Positions 17,609-27,147 of a DNA stretch of 64,000 nucleotides are shown here, in pieces; the stretch's first letter is position 1; every line of letters starts with the position of its first letter. The stretch comes from Spirochaetia bacterium. GTDB lineage: Bacteria > Spirochaetota > Spirochaetia > CADAEX01. The DNA is taken from the NCBI GenBank assembly GCA_017649605.1, contig JAGCGL010000049.1:11402-75401 (forward strand), read 5' to 3'. The notes under the pieces are model-generated. The model was not told the origin of the DNA and did not search any database. It saw only the letters and a program-made list of their open reading frames with translations. Made by a program: the position numbers and the translations under genes.

Positions 17609-18402
17609 CGTACCAGATATTCATCGAACCTATCCAAAACTTCAAGCATATCGGGCAAAAGGTAGTCGCGGCACTCGGCCATCAGCTCCTTCGGCATACC
17701 GTAGAAAGCCTCGGCAATACCTCCGGTGATGCAGGCCTGGGTGTCGGCATCGCCTCCCAATGACACAGCAAGCCGTATGGCATCCTCGTAGTCCTTGCTG
17801 TCCAGGAACGCCACTATCGCCTCGGGCACTGTCCCCTGGCAGGTCTCGTCAAAATCGTAATCGGGCCTTATCTGGTCGCAGGTGCGCTCCAAGTCGTAGT
17901 CAAACTCCTTCTGGATGTACTCCTTTATCTCCTGCTTGCTCTTTCCTGTGCGGGCCAGGAAGATGGCTGCTGCTGTGGCATCGGCTCCATCTATTCCGAA
18001 GGGATGGTTGTGGGTAACCTAGGCAGTCCACCGGGCCACCTTGCGGGTAGTCTCCAGAGTGTCGTAGAGCCATCCTGCTGCAGACACCCTCATGGCAGAT
18101 CCGTTGCCATAGCTTCCATAGGGCTCGGTCATATCAGAGAAAAGCCACTGGCGGAACTGGCCGCCGTAGCCTGCGAACGGGTACTTTGCACCCCACTTCT
18201 TGAAGCTTTTTATAAGGGCCTGCTTCACAGCCTTCTCCTCAGGATCCTTGCCCGCCTTTAAAAGCACATCTGCCACCGCTAATGTCATGACCGAGTCGTC
18301 GGTGAACATGGAATCGTCGCTGAGAAGCGGGAAATCTGTTGTGTCAATTGGGTTAAACTCATAGAGCGACCCTACTATGTCGCCTAAAATTGCTCCGTAC
18401 AT
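17605..18402 (-). pseudogene. ADP-ribosylglycohydrolase (DraG/ARH family) with one in-frame TAG at 18019-18021
   Basis: GAILGDIVGS, TDDS and GNGSAMRV, then WTA*VTHNHPFG continuing in the same frame to GGDADT; 266 codons in total. Confidence 0.85.
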
Positions 18403-18516
18403 TTATACTCCTTTTTAAATAATATAATATTTGGGGTGTCTCAAATAATGCTACAGATGAAAAAATAACAACATTTTTATAGACAATTTTTATATGCAGG
18501 AATAATATGAGGTTAT

Positions 18517-19812
18517 ATGGAACAGCGGCTCAAAGTTTCTTCCTTTCTAAAGTTCTGGGCACCACTTGCGCTCATGCAGGTCATAATGAACTTCGAGTTC
18601 CCTGCCATAATCGCCTTTATCTCCCGCATCGGAGATGCCAAGGAAAACCTGGCCATATTCACTGTGGTGACATCTCTCTCGCTGCTTCTTGAGGGTGTTA
18701 TAATCCAGATGCTCTCCGCCGCCACAGCGCTCTGCGACAGCTGGAACAACTACCAGAGAGTAAAGCATTTCCTCCTTATAGTGCTGGGCCTGCTTGTCAT
18801 CACCCATCTGTTCTGCATTCTTCCGGGGCCTTTCGACTTCATTGCCACCACCCTGCTCAAGCTGGAGCCTGATTACATAGAAAGCACACGGATAGCGTTC
18901 CTCCTTATGCTCCCCTGGGTGCCGACCATAGGGGTGCGCCGCCTGTGGCAGGGTGTCCTGATACGCAACGGGAAGACCGGCCTGGTATCCATGATAACTG
19001 TCATAAGGATAATTGTCTGCATAGCGGCGCTTGCAGTCATGCTCTCCTTCCGCAATGTGCCGGGCTGCTATGTGGCTTCCATCGCACTGAGCCTGGGAGT
19101 GACTTCCGGCGCCATATCGGCATATATCTTTGTCCGCCCGATCCTCAAGAAGCTGCGTAGTATAACATCGCCAAAGACCATGAGTTGGAAAGACCTTACC
19201 CTGTTCTATCTGCCGCTTGCCATGACATCGTTCGTGACCGAGGCAGACCGCCCTATAATCGCCGCAGGTATCTCGAGGGGACTGCTCCCTACAGAATCGC
19301 TTGCCGGATGGGGCGAGGTGATCTCCATAATCGCAGTCTTCCGCTCCCTCTGCTACTCGACACAGGAGGCATCTATAGCCCTTTTCAGCACCAAGGAAAA
19401 TAATCAGGTGATCCGCAAGGCTGTGTTCAGGATCTGCGCAGTTGTCTGCGCCACATGCTTCTTCTGCATCTTTGTGCCGCCGGTGCGGGACTATATACTT
19501 ATCAATATATCAGGTCTTACCCAGGAGCTTGCACAGATCTGCAGGGTGCCGCTCATGGTGATCTCGCTTACCCTGTTCACATTCCCGGTGGTCGCATGGC
19601 TCCGCTCCTTGAACATCTACAACAGGACAACCCGCAATATCGGCTGGGCTGTCACTCTGAACCTGATCGCAGTGACCCTGGCAGTTGTTGTCATGGACAA
19701 CTGCTTCTCCATGCTGGGTCTTATGATAGGCGCAATAAGCTACATCTTTGCTATGACAGCTGAGTCCGGCTACTTGACATTCAAGAGAATAAGTAGTAAT
19801 AATTCTTATTAA
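18517..19812 (+). CDS. MATE/MOP-superfamily-like membrane transporter
   Basis: About 12 TM segments in two repeated halves (FWAPLA / FYLPLA); RRLWQGVLIR. Confidence 0.7.
   Translation: MEQRLKVSSFLKFWAPLALMQVIMNFEFPAIIAFISRIGDAKENLAIFTVVTSLSLLLEGVIIQMLSAATALCDSWNNYQRVKHFLLIVLGLLVITHLFCILPGPFDFIATTLLKLEPDYIESTRIAFLLMLPWVPTIGVRRLWQGVLIRNGKTGLVSMITVIRIIVCIAALAVMLSFRNVPGCYVASIALSLGVTSGAISAYIFVRPILKKLRSITSPKTMSWKDLTLFYLPLAMTSFVTEADRPIIAAGISRGLLPTESLAGWGEVISIIAVFRSLCYSTQEASIALFSTKENNQVIRKAVFRICAVVCATCFFCIFVPPVRDYILINISGLTQELAQICRVPLMVISLTLFTFPVVAWLRSLNIYNRTTRNIGWAVTLNLIAVTLAVVVMDNCFSMLGLMIGAISYIFAMTAESGYLTFKRISSNNSY
19774..19811 (+). promoter_or_regulatory. Promoter and Per/Fur-box-like operator for the regulator-rubrerythrin pair
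   Basis: TTGACA at 19774; inverted repeat TAATAA-TTC-TTATTA at 19797-19811, immediately before the ATG. Confidence 0.6.
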
Positions 19813-19813
19813 G

Positions 19814-20203
19814 ATGAAGGCACAGAGATATTCAAAGCAGCGCGAGCTGGTGCTGCGGACAGTGAAAGATCATCTTACTCACCCTACCGCCCTGGAGATC
19901 TACGGTCTTACCCGGGAGAAGGATCCCACCATAAGCATGGGGACTGTATACCGGAACCTGAACCTTCTGGCCGAGCAGGGAAAGATACTCCGCATAAAGG
20001 TGCCCGGGGCGGCCGACCGGTACGACGGCATTATAGAGCCCCACAACCACGCTGTGTGCACAAAATGCGGCATGGTGATGGATTATAATTATAGCTTCGA
20101 TGACTTGAGCAGTCAGCTGGAGAAGAGCGGGTTCAAGTGCGAGGAGCTGAATATCACTGTGCGCGGAACATGTAAAAACTGCCTGACAAAGGCTGATGAA
20201 TAA
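19814..20203 (+). CDS. Fur-family regulator, PerR-like
   Basis: [16 protein letters not shown].VCxxCG and CxxC motifs; adjacent to rubrerythrin. Confidence 0.9.
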   Translation: MKAQRYSKQRELVLRTVKDHLTHPTALEIYGLTREKDPTISMGTVYRNLNLLAEQGKILRIKVPGAADRYDGIIEPHNHAVCTKCGMVMDYNYSFDDLSSQLEKSGFKCEELNITVRGTCKNCLTKADE

Positions 20204-20220
20204 ATATATGGAGGAAGGAA

Positions 20221-20787
20221 ATGGCTAAATTTGTATGCCCTGTTTGCGGCTATGTTTTTGAGGGAGACGCTGCACCTGCAGTATGCCCTGTATGTAAATA
20301 TGCAGGACCCGACTGGAAGAAGGTAGAAGGCGAGATGAATTGGGCTGCTGAGCATGTTGTAGGCGTCGGAAAGAAGTTCGGACCAGATGTTCCGGCAGAT
20401 GTTCAGGAGAAGATCATTGCAGGACTCAGATCAAACTTCGAGGGAGAGTGCTGTGAGGTAGGTATGTACCTGGCTATGGCACGTGTTGCCCACAGAGAAG
20501 GATATCCTGAGATCGGACTCTACTGGGAGAAGGCTGGACTTGAGGAGGCTGAGCATGCAGCCAAGTTCGCAGAGCTTCTGGGCGAGGTTGTAACCGACAG
20601 CACAAAGAAGAACCTGCAGATGAGAGTAGATGCCGAGAACGGCGCAACAGCAGGAAAGACAGATCTGGCTCTGCTGGCTAAGAAATACAACCTGGATGCA
20701 ATCCATGACACAGTTCATGAGATGGCACGGGACGAGGCACGCCACGGAAAGGCCCTGAAGGGTCTTCTTGACAGATACTTCAAATAA
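20221..20787 (+). CDS. Reverse rubrerythrin (NADH peroxidase)
   Basis: N-terminal CPVCG...CPVC rubredoxin domain; EAEH and EARH di-iron motifs. Confidence 0.93.
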   Translation: MAKFVCPVCGYVFEGDAAPAVCPVCKYAGPDWKKVEGEMNWAAEHVVGVGKKFGPDVPADVQEKIIAGLRSNFEGECCEVGMYLAMARVAHREGYPEIGLYWEKAGLEEAEHAAKFAELLGEVVTDSTKKNLQMRVDAENGATAGKTDLALLAKKYNLDAIHDTVHEMARDEARHGKALKGLLDRYFK

Positions 20788-20806
20788 TCTGCCGCTTTAT
20801 TCACGC

Positions 20807-20839
20807 AAAAGGCCAGGGTATACACTCTGGCCTTTTTTT
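20807..20839 (+). terminator. Intrinsic terminator
   Basis: AAAAGGCCAGGGT-atac-ACTCTGGCC-TTTTTTT. Confidence 0.8.
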
Positions 20840-20855
20840 ATGTTATTTTATAAGT

Positions 20856-21314
20856 ATGAAAAAGATTCTGATTGAGTATCTGTACCTTGACCTCAAGACC
20901 TGTGACCGCTGTGTCGGCACAGATGCTGTGCTGGACAAGGTTGTGGAAGCGCTGACCCCTGCCCTCAGCCTTGCGGGGTATCAGCTGGAATACCATAAGC
21001 AGGAGATCTCCACCCCTGAACTTGCAAAGAAGTATCATTTCCTGTCATCCCCCACTGTCCGTGTGAACGGCCATGATATCTTTGGGAAGATCAAGGAGAC
21101 AGGCTGCAGCTGCTGCGGAGAGATCGCAGGGACAGATGTGGACTGCAGGGCATATGACAATGCAGGTCAGACTGTCGAGGTTCCAACAGAGGAGATGATG
21201 GCAGATGCCATTCTGCGGGCTGTATATAATCCAGCCGGATGTTCATGCGGGACATATAGGCTTCCTGGAAACTTAAAGCGATTCTTCATCGGTAAAAAGC
21301 GAAAATCATTATGA
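20856..21314 (+). CDS. DUF2703 thioredoxin-fold protein
   Basis: YLDLKTCDRCVGT, SSPTVRVNG, CSCC and DCR motifs. Confidence 0.8.
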   Translation: MKKILIEYLYLDLKTCDRCVGTDAVLDKVVEALTPALSLAGYQLEYHKQEISTPELAKKYHFLSSPTVRVNGHDIFGKIKETGCSCCGEIAGTDVDCRAYDNAGQTVEVPTEEMMADAILRAVYNPAGCSCGTYRLPGNLKRFFIGKKRKSL

Positions 21315-23059
21315 AAAAAACATCAGAGACACTTCCAAAATGGAATCTAACTAACATCTACAAGAACTTTGACGACCCTTCATACGAGGGCGATATAAAG
21401 GATTACCTGGCGCTGTGTGCAGAGCTAAAGACTCTGCTTTCTAAAGGGAAAAAAGAGGCTCTGGAGGAGACGGTGCAGCTTCTGGGGCGGGCCATGGACC
21501 TGATGGAGAACCTTTTCTCCTACGCCTATGCTCTCTTCTCGGTGAATACCGGAGACAACCGTGCCCTGCGGGAGGTATCCCGGCTTGAGGAGGCGCACCA
21601 GAAGCTAGCCGAGTGCTTTGTTCTTTTCAACAGCCTGGTAAAAAAGCACAAGAAAGATATCCCTGCCCTGCTCAAGAAAAGCCCTATCCTTGCAGAACGT
21701 GCCCAGTTCATGAAGGATTCCCTGATGGAGGCTGAACACCAGATGTCGGATACCGAGGAGGCCCTGGCACAGGAGCTCAAGGCTGCCGGAGGCGATGCAT
21801 GGGGAAGGCTTCAGGAGGCTGTCTCATCTTCCCTTTCAGGCGACGGAAAGAGCATTACAGAGCTCCGCAACCTGGCCTTTGACAGGAGCCGCAGTGTGCG
21901 CAAAAAGGCCTACGAGGCAGAGCTTGCCGCATGGAAGAGCATGGAGATACCGCTGGCCTACTCCCTGAACGGAGTTAAGAAGACTGCGGCGACACTGGAG
22001 AATAGGCGCAGCTGGAAGAGTGCTCTGGAGAAATCCCTGTTCCAGTCGCGCATGTCAGCCAAGACTCTGGAGGCGATGATCTCTGTAATGGAGGAGTCGC
22101 TGCCTGAGTTCCGAAAGTACCTTAAGAAGAAGGCGGAGCTCCTGGGTATAAAGCAGCTGGCCTTCTACGACCTCTTTGCCCCTATCTCCGAGAAAGCTTT
22201 CAAGCCGAAAGTATGGAGCTTTGACGAGGCAAGGGATTACATAATCCAGACCTTCGGAAGCTTTGCAGATGACATGGGGCTTTTTGCAAAGAACGCCTTT
22301 GAGAATGGCTGGATAGATTCGCCGCCGCACACAGGCAAAGTTGGCGGTGCCTACTGCACATCGTTTCCTATCGCCAAGGAATCCCGTGTTATGTGCAACT
22401 TCAGCCCCACATTCTCAGGAGTATCGACCATAGCCCATGAGCTGGGGCACGCCTACCACTTCCACCTGCTTCGCGAGGAGTGCGCATTCTCAAGGGCTTA
22501 CCCCATGACTCTGGCCGAGACTGCATCCATATTCTCCGAGACCATGCTGTACAACTGTACAATAAGCAGGGCCAAGGGATTCGAGAAGAAATACCTGACC
22601 GAGATGTTCCTGATGGAGGTGACCCAGGTTATTGTTGACATACTGTGCCGCTTCTACTTTGAGAAAGCTGTGTTCGAGAAGCAGAAAGAGGGACCACTCT
22701 CTGCCGGCGACCTGTGCGGCATGATGCTGGATGCCCAGAAGGCAACCTACGGCGATGCACTTGATCCGAAGCAGCTGCATCCGTATATGTGGGCAGTGAA
22801 GTGCCACTACTACAGCCCAGACCTGGGATTCTACAACTATCCTTATGCATTCGGGCAGCTTTTCTCCATTGGGCTTTACGCCAAGTACCTGGAGGACAAG
22901 AAGAGGTTCCCTGCCCTCTACAGGAAAGTGCTCATGGCAACAGGACGCACCGACATAAAAGGTGTGGCAAAGCTTGCCGGCATAGATGTGGAGAAAAAGG
23001 ATTTCTTCCAGGAGAGTATGAACTTTATAACCAGGATGATACGGAGCTTTCTGCGCTGA
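21311..23059 (+). CDS. M3 family oligoendopeptidase F
   Basis: KVGGAYC, AHELGHAYH, AETAS and FYNYPYAFG motifs. Confidence 0.93.
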   Translation: MKKTSETLPKWNLTNIYKNFDDPSYEGDIKDYLALCAELKTLLSKGKKEALEETVQLLGRAMDLMENLFSYAYALFSVNTGDNRALREVSRLEEAHQKLAECFVLFNSLVKKHKKDIPALLKKSPILAERAQFMKDSLMEAEHQMSDTEEALAQELKAAGGDAWGRLQEAVSSSLSGDGKSITELRNLAFDRSRSVRKKAYEAELAAWKSMEIPLAYSLNGVKKTAATLENRRSWKSALEKSLFQSRMSAKTLEAMISVMEESLPEFRKYLKKKAELLGIKQLAFYDLFAPISEKAFKPKVWSFDEARDYIIQTFGSFADDMGLFAKNAFENGWIDSPPHTGKVGGAYCTSFPIAKESRVMCNFSPTFSGVSTIAHELGHAYHFHLLREECAFSRAYPMTLAETASIFSETMLYNCTISRAKGFEKKYLTEMFLMEVTQVIVDILCRFYFEKAVFEKQKEGPLSAGDLCGMMLDAQKATYGDALDPKQLHPYMWAVKCHYYSPDLGFYNYPYAFGQLFSIGLYAKYLEDKKRFPALYRKVLMATGRTDIKGVAKLAGIDVEKKDFFQESMNFITRMIRSFLR

Positions 23060-25124
23060 AGACCTTGGCTATATCCTCAGCACTCTTGGCCTCTAAGATC
23101 TTCTTTCTGTTCTCTTCCTGACTCAGCACGCCTGATACTGCCGAAAGTACCTGAAGATGCGGCGATGCCTCATCGGTAGGTGATGCGATAAGCACAAAGA
23201 TTGTAGATGGCAGACCGTCCAGGGAGTCGAACTCGATTCCGCTCTTCTTCCTTCCTATTGCGATTGTAAGGTGCTTGACCCCTTCGCTCTTGGCATGCGG
23301 GAATGCGATTCCATGCTCCATGCCTGTGCTCATCTTCTGCTCCCTCTGCATTATGTCGTCCAGGAGAACCTGCCTGTCGGTGATGTTGGGTGAGGTGCTG
23401 ACCAGATCCACAAGCTCAAGGATTGCCTCGTCCTTGTTGCTGGCCTTAAGGTTGCAGATTATAAGATCCTTGGAGATCCTTCCCTGGAGAACCTCCACAT
23501 CCACCTTCTTCTCCTTGGTCTCGGCCGATTCCTTCCTTGCCTCTGCCACAGCCTCCATCTGCTGCTGGCTGCTCTGCTCGGTGTCCATGAAGCGGAGGAG
23601 GACTTCGTACATAGAGGTCTTGAGGAACTGCTCGTGGCGCTCCTTGGTGGTTATGTCGATTCCCTTGCCATGCTGTGTTATTGTGAAGACCATCCGGTTC
23701 ATCCGGGCATGGTAGATACCCTTGTCGCTGTCGATGGTGAGCACGAAGAAACCATCCTTGCGGAGGTCTGTGATAAGCATATAGGTAACCAGGTCGGCAA
23801 TCTCCCTGGTCTTAAAATCCCAGTGGCATGTCTTTGTGGCAGAGCTCTTGAGCTCCTTCCTTGTGCCCCGCTGCTTGCTCTTGAGTATGATGCTGAGGGC
23901 TGGAGGCGCTATGATGGTGGTGACCAGTGTCATCATTATGACAACACCGAAAAGCTGCTCGTCCAATATTCCTGCAGTTATTCCGATGCCTGCTATGATA
24001 AGGGCAACCTCGCCACGCGGAACCATACCGCATCCTATGCGGAGCGCACCATGGATATTGAATCCAAGATAGAGAGCCGGCCATCCGCATCCTATAAGCT
24101 TTCCAAGGATACAAGCCACTGTGTAGACCAGGCCGAACAGGAGGACATGGGCATCAAAAAGCTTGGCCACATGGACCATCATACCCATTACACAGAAGAA
24201 GAGCGGCACCAGGAATGCGGTGACACCCTCAAGCCGGTCAAGGATTATAGGGGCTATGTCGGTGCGGGATAGAGCAAGACCTGTTATGTAGGCGCCGATG
24301 ATCATGGCAAGACCCTGTTTCTCGAATATTCCTGCAAGGAGCAGGGCAATGCCGAATGCGAATATGGAGAAGTCATAGGAGCTGCGGAACTTCTTGAGGA
24401 GGATCGCAATGCTCTTTGAGCAGATAAGTGCCAATGCAGAAAGACCCAGCCAGATGCCGAAGGCACGGAATGCTATGTTGAGTATGGCAGAAGAGTTCAG
24501 ATGACTGCTGCTTCCAGACTGGTTCACTGCAGCCACAAGGCCCATCACTATGGCCAGGAGCACGATACCAAGAACATCGTCGAATACTGCGGCGGCAAGG
24601 GTTGTGACACCCTCGGGGGAATCCATCTTCTTCCTGTCCGATATGATGCGGGCTGTTATTCCTACCGATGTGGCTGTGGACATGATTCCGAAGAAGAGGC
24701 ACCGCTCGTCCCAGAAGTGGGTGTGGAGGACTGCCATGCATGTCGCTGCGCCGAAGATGAAGGAGAATACTACACCTGAGATACCGATTATTCCTCCCCT
24801 CACAGAATAGCGGAGGAAGAGGCCGAGGTCGGTCTCAAGGCCGGAGTTGAACAGAAGGATGATGGACGCGACCATGGCAAAGCCATAGAGCTCCGGAGTG
24901 ACAGCCAGAGATTCGGAATAGACAGGGAAAAGTCCGTGCGGAAAGCCTGGAAGTGGGATTGCGCCAAGGGCGAAAGGCCCTATGACAACACCGGATAAAA
25001 GCTCGCCTATTACCGACGGGAAACCGAGCCTCTCAGCAAGGCTTCCGAATATCTTTACTGCGAATATAATGATACTGATCTGAAATATAAGAGTGGTCAT
25101 AAGACCAGTGATCTGTCCTTCCAT
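23025..25124 (-). CDS. Cation:proton antiporter (CPA2) fused to a PTS EIIA-like domain
   Basis: TSVGIT, AAVFDDVLG and GMVPRGE; C-terminal RE..MSTG...GIAFPH. Confidence 0.9.
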   Translation of the reverse strand: MEGQITGLMTTLIFQISIIIFAVKIFGSLAERLGFPSVIGELLSGVVIGPFALGAIPLPGFPHGLFPVYSESLAVTPELYGFAMVASIILLFNSGLETDLGLFLRYSVRGGIIGISGVVFSFIFGAATCMAVLHTHFWDERCLFFGIMSTATSVGITARIISDRKKMDSPEGVTTLAAAVFDDVLGIVLLAIVMGLVAAVNQSGSSSHLNSSAILNIAFRAFGIWLGLSALALICSKSIAILLKKFRSSYDFSIFAFGIALLLAGIFEKQGLAMIIGAYITGLALSRTDIAPIILDRLEGVTAFLVPLFFCVMGMMVHVAKLFDAHVLLFGLVYTVACILGKLIGCGWPALYLGFNIHGALRIGCGMVPRGEVALIIAGIGITAGILDEQLFGVVIMMTLVTTIIAPPALSIILKSKQRGTRKELKSSATKTCHWDFKTREIADLVTYMLITDLRKDGFFVLTIDSDKGIYHARMNRMVFTITQHGKGIDITTKERHEQFLKTSMYEVLLRFMDTEQSSQQQMEAVAEARKESAETKEKKVDVEVLQGRISKDLIICNLKASNKDEAILELVDLVSTSPNITDRQVLLDDIMQREQKMSTGMEHGIAFPHAKSEGVKHLTIAIGRKKSGIEFDSLDGLPSTIFVLIASPTDEASPHLQVLSAVSGVLSQEENRKKILEAKSAEDIAKVFSAESSVSSWL

Positions 25125-25200
25125 TATCGTGACTCCAATTAAATGGTATCTCTTTTTGTTAAACTTTACAACTCGCTTTTACCATGATATAATTTAATAA

Positions 25201-25857
25201 ATGAGGAAAATATTTTCCCTCCTGCTCATACTGTTCATCTCGGTCTTCAGCCTGACTGCCCAAGGGGTAAGCCGGATGACCTATTTCGCCCATCTTTTCG
25301 GCATCGATTTCGACACAACCCAGGAGATTCCTCAGCGGGAGCTATCCATAATCTACTTTATCCTTGACAACACCGAGGAATACCATATCCACTGCATGCG
25401 GGGCGAAGACCAGAACCAGGTCTTTGTCCATCCCGACGGCACAGTGGTGGTTGTGGACAAACATCTGCATCCGGTGACCAACTATAACCGGGGAACCATA
25501 CGGATAGCGCGGAAGAACGACCCGCTGGGCCACTTTATCCTGGACACCCAGCCCTGGATCAATTTTGGAGTGGATTCAAGCGACCCGACAACTATCGATG
25601 AGCGGTTCGAGGCCTATCTTAAGGATGTGCAGAATGCTATTTTTGTGTTCCTGTTCCACAGGAGAAACGACCCTATCAAACAGATCTCTTACAGCGACCT
25701 GGACCAGGTGGACAAAGAGGTGTGCCACTTCTTCTATCAGATGCTGTTCAACAAGTCATTCAAGATTCAGCTGACCGACGAGAATATAGCCAAGATGCAC
25801 AAGAGCCCTAACCTGTGGTCCAAGTACTGCCGCCAGATATTCAATCTTTTCTTCTGA
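25201..25857 (+). CDS. Secreted hypothetical protein
   Basis: N-terminal signal peptide (SLTA-Q); host-like codon usage; TGATATAAT 7 nt upstream of the ATG. Confidence 0.75.
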   Translation: MRKIFSLLLILFISVFSLTAQGVSRMTYFAHLFGIDFDTTQEIPQRELSIIYFILDNTEEYHIHCMRGEDQNQVFVHPDGTVVVVDKHLHPVTNYNRGTIRIARKNDPLGHFILDTQPWINFGVDSSDPTTIDERFEAYLKDVQNAIFVFLFHRRNDPIKQISYSDLDQVDKEVCHFFYQMLFNKSFKIQLTDENIAKMHKSPNLWSKYCRQIFNLFF

Positions 25858-25867
25858 ACAGGGGAAT

Positions 25868-25894
25868 AAAAAAACCCGCACCGGGAAGTGCGGG
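25868..25894 (-). terminator. Intrinsic terminator after the tRNA genes
   Basis: CCCGCAC-ttcccg-GTGCGGG-TTTTTTT on the minus strand. Confidence 0.8.
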
Positions 25895-25908
25895 CTGTTG
25901 TAAGAAGG

Positions 25909-25980
25909 CATCTCCTACAGGAATCGAACCTGTGTTGACGGGATGAAAACCCGTTGTCCTAACCCCTAGACGAAGGAGAC
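25909..25980 (-). tRNA. tRNA-Glu(TTC)
   Basis: GTCTCCT/AGGAGAT acceptor stem, ACGGG-TT-TTC-AT-CCCGT anticodon arm, GGTTCGATT T-loop; CCA not encoded. Confidence 0.95.
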
Positions 25981-25986
25981 GCGTCT

Positions 25987-26059
25987 TGAGCTGCAATGGA
26001 TTCGAACCATTGACCCACGCCTTAAAAGGGCGTTGCTCTACCAGCTGAGCTAGCAGCCC
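25987..26059 (-). tRNA. tRNA-Lys(TTT)
   Basis: GGGCTGC acceptor, TAGCTCAGCTGGTAGAGC D-arm, ACGCC-CT-TTT-AA-GGCGT, GGTTCGAATCC; TTGACA-17-TAGATT promoter upstream. Confidence 0.95.
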
Positions 26060-26130
26060 AAAACAATAAATGCAACGACAAAAATCTATCAAGAATGAGC
26101 GATAATGTCAACTATTGCATTTGTTTAAAA

Positions 26131-26216
26131 TGCCGGAGGCGGAACTCGAATCCGCAAGGCTTTTAAGGGCCGGGGGATTTTAAGTCCCCTGTGTCTACCA
26201 ATTTCACCACTCCGGC
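26131..26216 (-). tRNA. tRNA-Leu(TAA)
   Basis: GCCGGAG/CTCCGGC acceptor stem, GGGGA-CT-TAA-AA-TCCCC, long variable arm; TTGACG-17-TAAAAT promoter upstream. Confidence 0.95.
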
Positions 26217-26310
26217 AGGTCTATTTATTTTACTTTTCCAGGCCATGACCGTCAAGATATTATTTTTATAAACCGTTTACAAAACATTATAAAAAGAATA
26301 CCTTTTTACT

Positions 26311-27147
26311 ATGAGCATGACAGAAGAAGTTGCCCAGCATGTGCACCTGTACAGGGGCATTGCAGATACACATACACACCTTATTCTCTGGCAGACCAAG
26401 GAGATGGACTGGAAAGCCCTGTTCCAGACCTGTGTAGATAATGGCCTTGAGCTGGCCCTTGATGTCGGGACCAACACCGACACCTTCGAAGAGAGGCTTT
26501 CCATGGTGAGCCAGTTTGACCAGCTGTACATAACAGACGGCCTTTCGGTGAGCAAGTCGGAGCTGCCTGCAGATGACCTCAAGAGGCGGCTTGGGGAGCT
26601 TGAGAAGCAGGTGGCAGAACACCGGGGCAAAGGCAAGCTCATTGCTGTTGGCGAGATAGGCCTTGACAATCACTTCGAGTACGGCGGTGTACAGGCGCAG
26701 AAGGAACTGTTCGCAGCCCAGCTGGACATAGCAAAGCAGTTTGACCTGCCTGTGGTTATCCACACCCGGGAGGCAGACCCCGACACTTACAGCATGCTTG
26801 CAGGCGCAAAGCTCGGCCGCGCAGGGATAATTCACTGCTTCTCAAGCGGCTGGGAATGGGCAAGGAAGTACCTGGACCTGGGGTTCTATATCTCTTTCTC
26901 GGGCAATGTCACATATAAAAAGTCAGAGCCTATTCAGGAGGCTGCAGCCAAGGTGCCGACCGGCCGGATCCTGGCCGAGACCGACGCTCCGTTCCTTACC
27001 CCGCAGAAGGTGCGGAAGTACCCCAACTGGAGCGGCTTCATAGGGTACACCTACGACTGCATAGCGGCCTTGCGCGGCACCTTGCCGGAGGAACTGGCGG
27101 TACAGGTGACACAGAATTTCCGCACTTTAATGGGGCTTACAAAGTGA
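26311..27147 (+). CDS. tatD: TatD family hydrolase
   Basis: DTHTH, GEIGLD, IHTREA, IIHCFS and ETDAPFL motifs. Confidence 0.93.
   Translation: MSMTEEVAQHVHLYRGIADTHTHLILWQTKEMDWKALFQTCVDNGLELALDVGTNTDTFEERLSMVSQFDQLYITDGLSVSKSELPADDLKRRLGELEKQVAEHRGKGKLIAVGEIGLDNHFEYGGVQAQKELFAAQLDIAKQFDLPVVIHTREADPDTYSMLAGAKLGRAGIIHCFSSGWEWARKYLDLGFYISFSGNVTYKKSEPIQEAAAKVPTGRILAETDAPFLTPQKVRKYPNWSGFIGYTYDCIAALRGTLPEELAVQVTQNFRTLMGLTK

Noticed and set aside
17605-18402. Genome-wide amber recoding or pyrrolysine use
   Set aside because: TAG terminates normal genes in this window and only one interrupted gene is seen.
18433-18445. GGGGTGTCTCAAA, resembling an IS terminal repeat at the island edge
   Set aside because: I found no partner inverted copy or DDE transposase; too short to support.
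23025-25124. Antiporter-PTS EIIA fusion as a novelty
   Set aside because: This architecture is already known in Borrelia and Treponema.
25909-26216. tRNA cluster as an integration site
   Set aside because: No integrase or duplicated tRNA 3' end was seen in the window.
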